DNA of 59,105 bases, taken from positions 1 through 59,105 of IMG/VR virus record IMGVR_UViG_3300020045_001526; one strand, written 5' to 3'. The DNA is from a virus (lineage: Duplodnaviria; Caudoviricetes). The notes under the pieces were generated by a model that worked only from the letters and a program-made list of their open reading frames with translations, was not told the origin of the DNA and did not search any database. Positions 56,068 to 59,105 of this stretch are shown piece after piece. Both the position numbers and the translations under genes were made by a program. How positions within the stretch are numbered: position 1 is the first letter of the stretch; every line of letters starts with the position of its first letter.

Positions 56068-56517
56068 ATGGCCGCAAATGATAAACAGGTAAGCGGTAGT
56101 CATTATAAACCGGCTTTAAAAGGCGAGGTTCAGCATTGGGACTATTGCACCATGACGGATGTACCTAACCTTGAATACGCCGCCTCGAAGTATGTACAGA
56201 GGTGGCGGGACAAGAACGGTTTGGTAGATTTGAACAAGGCTATTCATTACCTTGAAAAACGTATTGAATTGACTTGCGGATATCCAGGTCGTTGGTGTGG
56301 GGCAACTCCAAACAGCTTACTATTTAATAGATATGTTGAAGCTAATAATATTCCTCAGAAAGAATCGCTTATTATTCATCGAATTATGCATTGGGTACAT
56401 AGTGTAGAACTTCAAATTGCTATCGAGGAAATTACTAGTTTGATTCAAAAAGAAGAATACAGAATTATTGAGGAAGAAGGTGGCCCGACCTCAGGTTATG
56501 TTAATCAGGATAGATAA
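56068..56517 (+). CDS. DUF3310 (T7 gp1.7-like) protein, putative nucleotide kinase
   Basis: QVSGSHYK, QHWD and KY..RW.DKNG..DL.KA.HYL motifs. Confidence 0.75.
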   Translation: MAANDKQVSGSHYKPALKGEVQHWDYCTMTDVPNLEYAASKYVQRWRDKNGLVDLNKAIHYLEKRIELTCGYPGRWCGATPNSLLFNRYVEANNIPQKESLIIHRIMHWVHSVELQIAIEEITSLIQKEEYRIIEEEGGPTSGYVNQDR

Positions 56518-56518
56518 C

Positions 56519-56773
56519 ATGTGTATAATTCATAAGATGGCTCAAGGTTTTGGCGGGATGGGCGACGGATACGTTTGTGTTAAATGCGGATATGATACGT
56601 ATCATAGACCATTAAACGCAATAATTATGCGGAAAAGGGATGATCTCATGCACTTCTATACCTACCCCTACATTAGAAAGTTTAAGGATACTATTACATG
56701 GGAAACCGATACAAATAACTGGACTCATCACTATAGTAAAGAAGGAAACCTAGTGGAGCGGGAGCATGTCTAA
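56519..56773 (+). CDS. Hypothetical protein
   Basis: C.H...CVKCG; fills the gap before the polymerase. Confidence 0.45.
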   Translation: MCIIHKMAQGFGGMGDGYVCVKCGYDTYHRPLNAIIMRKRDDLMHFYTYPYIRKFKDTITWETDTNNWTHHYSKEGNLVEREHV

Positions 56774-58682
56774 AACCCTAGTCTTTGATATAGAAGTTTT
56801 TTCGAACGTGCTACTGTTCTGCGGCAGAGTGTTGGAGAATCGTAACATTATTGCTATCTGGCACGACGAGCCGAACGCATTAGCTAAGATTCGCTCAGTA
56901 TTCGAGTCCGGATGTACGCTGGTGTCGTTCAACGGTATTAAATTTGACACGCCGGTGGCTTCCGCATTACTTGCCGGTAAGTCAATTGAAACGGTGAAAA
57001 TGATCGCCAATTCGATTATCGAGCACCAGATGCAACCGTGGGAAGCTCAGCGTCGGTTCGGCATTCCGGACTTAAAGTTTGATCATATTGACTTGATAGA
57101 AGTAGCGCCAAGTTTTGTAGGGCTAAAAGCGTATGGTTCACGTATGCACATGCGCTGGCTGAAAGACCTTCCGTTTGAGCATGACGCCATTATCACCGAC
57201 GAGCAACGCGCCGACGTTCAGGAGTATTGTATCAATGACTTGGACACTACCGAAGAGCTGTATAATAGACTAGAGTTTCAACTCAACTTGCGTCGCCAAA
57301 TGGGAGCCGAGTATGATTGCGACTTCCGTAGTAAGTCTGATACCCAAATGGCGGAGACCGCATTTATCAAGCGTTTGAACCTTCCTCGGGGTAAGAAGAA
57401 AGTTCCTAAGTCTATCGTCTATACCGCGCCGGAGTACATTAGTTTTGACGATCAGAACTTGCAGGACACCTTCGACCGAGTAAAAGAAACAGTGTTCCCT
57501 ATGAATCAGGCTACAGGCCACGTAGAGCTGCCGGACTTCTTAGGTAAGGAACAGATCAAGCTAAATAAAGGTTCGTATCAGCTAGGCGTGGGTGGTATTC
57601 ACTCTACCCACGACAAAAAAGTGTGTCACGTAGCGACTAAAGGTTATATAGTAACCGATATTGACGCGGCTTCTTTTTACCCGTCTATATGGGTTTTGTG
57701 GGGTGAGACGTCGGGAGACTATGATGCTAGACTGACCGAAGAGTACAGCAAGATTTATTATCGTCGATTGAAGGCTAAAGCTGATGGAGATAAAGACGTA
57801 GCCGAAGGATTGAAAGTACCCATCAATGGCAGCTTCGGTAAGCTGTTGTCTAAGTATTCACCTATGTATGGTCCAACTCTGGGATTGTTCATAACGCTTA
57901 CGGGGCAATTTACCCTTTTGATGCTCATAGAGCGTCTAGAGAAGGTGGGGGCAGTGGCGCTCTCGGCCAATACCGACGGTATCGCTATGGGTTACCCGGT
58001 CGAGCTAAAAGAAACCGTAGGGCGCGTCGTCTCGGACTTCGAGAAGCTCACTAAGTTTGACTTCGAGTATACGCCATATCGGGTATTGGCAATGAAGGAC
58101 GTGAACAATTACATTGCCGTGAAGACTAACCGTAAAGTCAAGGCTAAGGGAATATATGGTCCGTTAGAATTGAAGAAGAATCCCACTGCCGGAGTGTGCG
58201 CGTTGGCGGTTTGTGAATGGCTAGCTCATGGAACTCCGTTCATGGATACTATTAAAACTGCTCCTTTCACAGATTTCATCTCAGCGAGGTCAGTTACTGG
58301 GGGAGCGGTTCAAGGGGGTAAAGAATTGTTTCATCGGGTAAGTGATTCAAATTCAGACCGATATAAAGATGCGGTGTGCGGTATAGAAGGAGGAGAATAT
58401 TTAGGTAGAGTTGTTCGTTGGTATCACTCAACTGATTCAAATGTGGAACCGATACGCTATAAAACCAATGGCAATAAAGTCCCCACTACTGATGGAGCTA
58501 AGGCATGTATGGTGATTGAAGACAAGATAAATCACCCTACTGATTTAAATTATGCCTGGTACTACTTAGAAGCGGTTAAAATTGCGGCTAACATCGGTTG
58601 TCAAGACTTCCTGACTCCAGAAGAATTAGTGATGATAACTCCGATATCTAAGACGCGTAAAACTAAAAAGGTGAAAACATGA
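56766..58682 (+). CDS. Family B DNA polymerase with 3'-5' exonuclease
   Basis: Exonuclease FDIE, FNG..FD, YCIND; polymerase DAASFYPS, K..INGSFGK, NTDG. Confidence 0.9.
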   Translation: MSKTLVFDIEVFSNVLLFCGRVLENRNIIAIWHDEPNALAKIRSVFESGCTLVSFNGIKFDTPVASALLAGKSIETVKMIANSIIEHQMQPWEAQRRFGIPDLKFDHIDLIEVAPSFVGLKAYGSRMHMRWLKDLPFEHDAIITDEQRADVQEYCINDLDTTEELYNRLEFQLNLRRQMGAEYDCDFRSKSDTQMAETAFIKRLNLPRGKKKVPKSIVYTAPEYISFDDQNLQDTFDRVKETVFPMNQATGHVELPDFLGKEQIKLNKGSYQLGVGGIHSTHDKKVCHVATKGYIVTDIDAASFYPSIWVLWGETSGDYDARLTEEYSKIYYRRLKAKADGDKDVAEGLKVPINGSFGKLLSKYSPMYGPTLGLFITLTGQFTLLMLIERLEKVGAVALSANTDGIAMGYPVELKETVGRVVSDFEKLTKFDFEYTPYRVLAMKDVNNYIAVKTNRKVKAKGIYGPLELKKNPTAGVCALAVCEWLAHGTPFMDTIKTAPFTDFISARSVTGGAVQGGKELFHRVSDSNSDRYKDAVCGIEGGEYLGRVVRWYHSTDSNVEPIRYKTNGNKVPTTDGAKACMVIEDKINHPTDLNYAWYYLEAVKIAANIGCQDFLTPEELVMITPISKTRKTKKVKT

Positions 58683-59008
58683 GCAATGAAAAGCAAGTAT
58701 TCGTGGTATACAATGATACCCGTAAGAACATGTCCGCTGCCGAGAAGTTCGGTAAGCTGAAAGACGTCTATTCTTCTGTAGGGCGCGTGTACAACGGAGA
58801 CAAGTTGATTGAGCATGCTCGTCGAGTACTGGATAACTGGCAACCTGGTGATTATCTTCTTTTAGTAGGTGATCCAACGCTTTGTGGAATCTGCATGGCA
58901 GTTGCTCTTGAAAGCGAAGAAGAGATCAACGTCCTTCGCTGGGACCGCGTTAATTTCGATTATGTTCCTTTGAGGCTTAATTTTTCGTATCAGGAGGTTA
59001 CCAACTAG
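58679..59008 (+). CDS. Conserved hypothetical protein of the replication cluster
   Basis: AEKFG, DYLLLVGDP and LRWDR motifs; ATGA-coupled to the polymerase. Confidence 0.65.
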   Translation: MSNEKQVFVVYNDTRKNMSAAEKFGKLKDVYSSVGRVYNGDKLIEHARRVLDNWQPGDYLLLVGDPTLCGICMAVALESEEEINVLRWDRVNFDYVPLRLNFSYQEVTN

Positions 59009-59105
59009 AAGTTGAGGTATAATTATTTTCGTACCAAATCGATTGGTACATAACTATAGGAGTCAATAACATGAGTTGGAAGAAATCCCTAGTTGTCGGG
59101 AAGCA

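Noticed and set aside
58985-59105. Biological direct terminal repeat
   Set aside because: The 121-bp overlap cuts through coding genes and fits an assembler circularisation overlap; real termini cannot be inferred
1-59105. Lysogeny module or alternative genetic code
   Set aside because: No integrase, repressor or partition motif was recognised; genes are intact and densely packed under the standard code, with all three stop codons used

Overview
The window is an apparently complete, circularly permuted ~59.0-kb dsDNA tailed-phage genome: bases 1-121 are repeated exactly at 58985-59105, giving a unit length of 58,984 bp. Nested Rz/Rz1 spanins and sigma70-type promoters point to a Gram-negative host, and no integrase or repressor was recognised. 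The minus strand (5.9-42 kb) carries a podovirus-type virion module (TerS/TerL, portal, scaffold, major capsid, GroES-like protein, tail and ejection proteins, tail fibre, SGNH protein), the lysis genes, a primase-polymerase, an SF2 helicase and a repeat-rich putative origin. The plus strand (42.3 kb across the junction to 5.9 kb) carries early genes, a family B DNA polymerase, Sak4/SSB/Cas4-like/RuvC recombination genes and two tRNAs. It also carries a thymidine hypermodification pathway: dCTP deaminase, dUMP hydroxymethylase, 5hmdU-DNA kinase, two amino acid:DNA transferase-fold proteins, a PLP enzyme, an HD hydrolase and DUF3310, with no radical-SAM or FAD enzyme. Less expected structure includes a duplicated three-gene block whose middle gene is swapped between 15-bp RBS-containing repeats, two c4/CI-like antisense RNA leaders, a structured RNA region before the tRNAs, an ATGGGGGC operator-like motif at promoters, a shared [YF]xxGG motif in putative cargo proteins, a JAB+PcfJ polyvalent protein and several N-terminal gene stumps. 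All protein calls come from motif recognition by eye, not from database searches.
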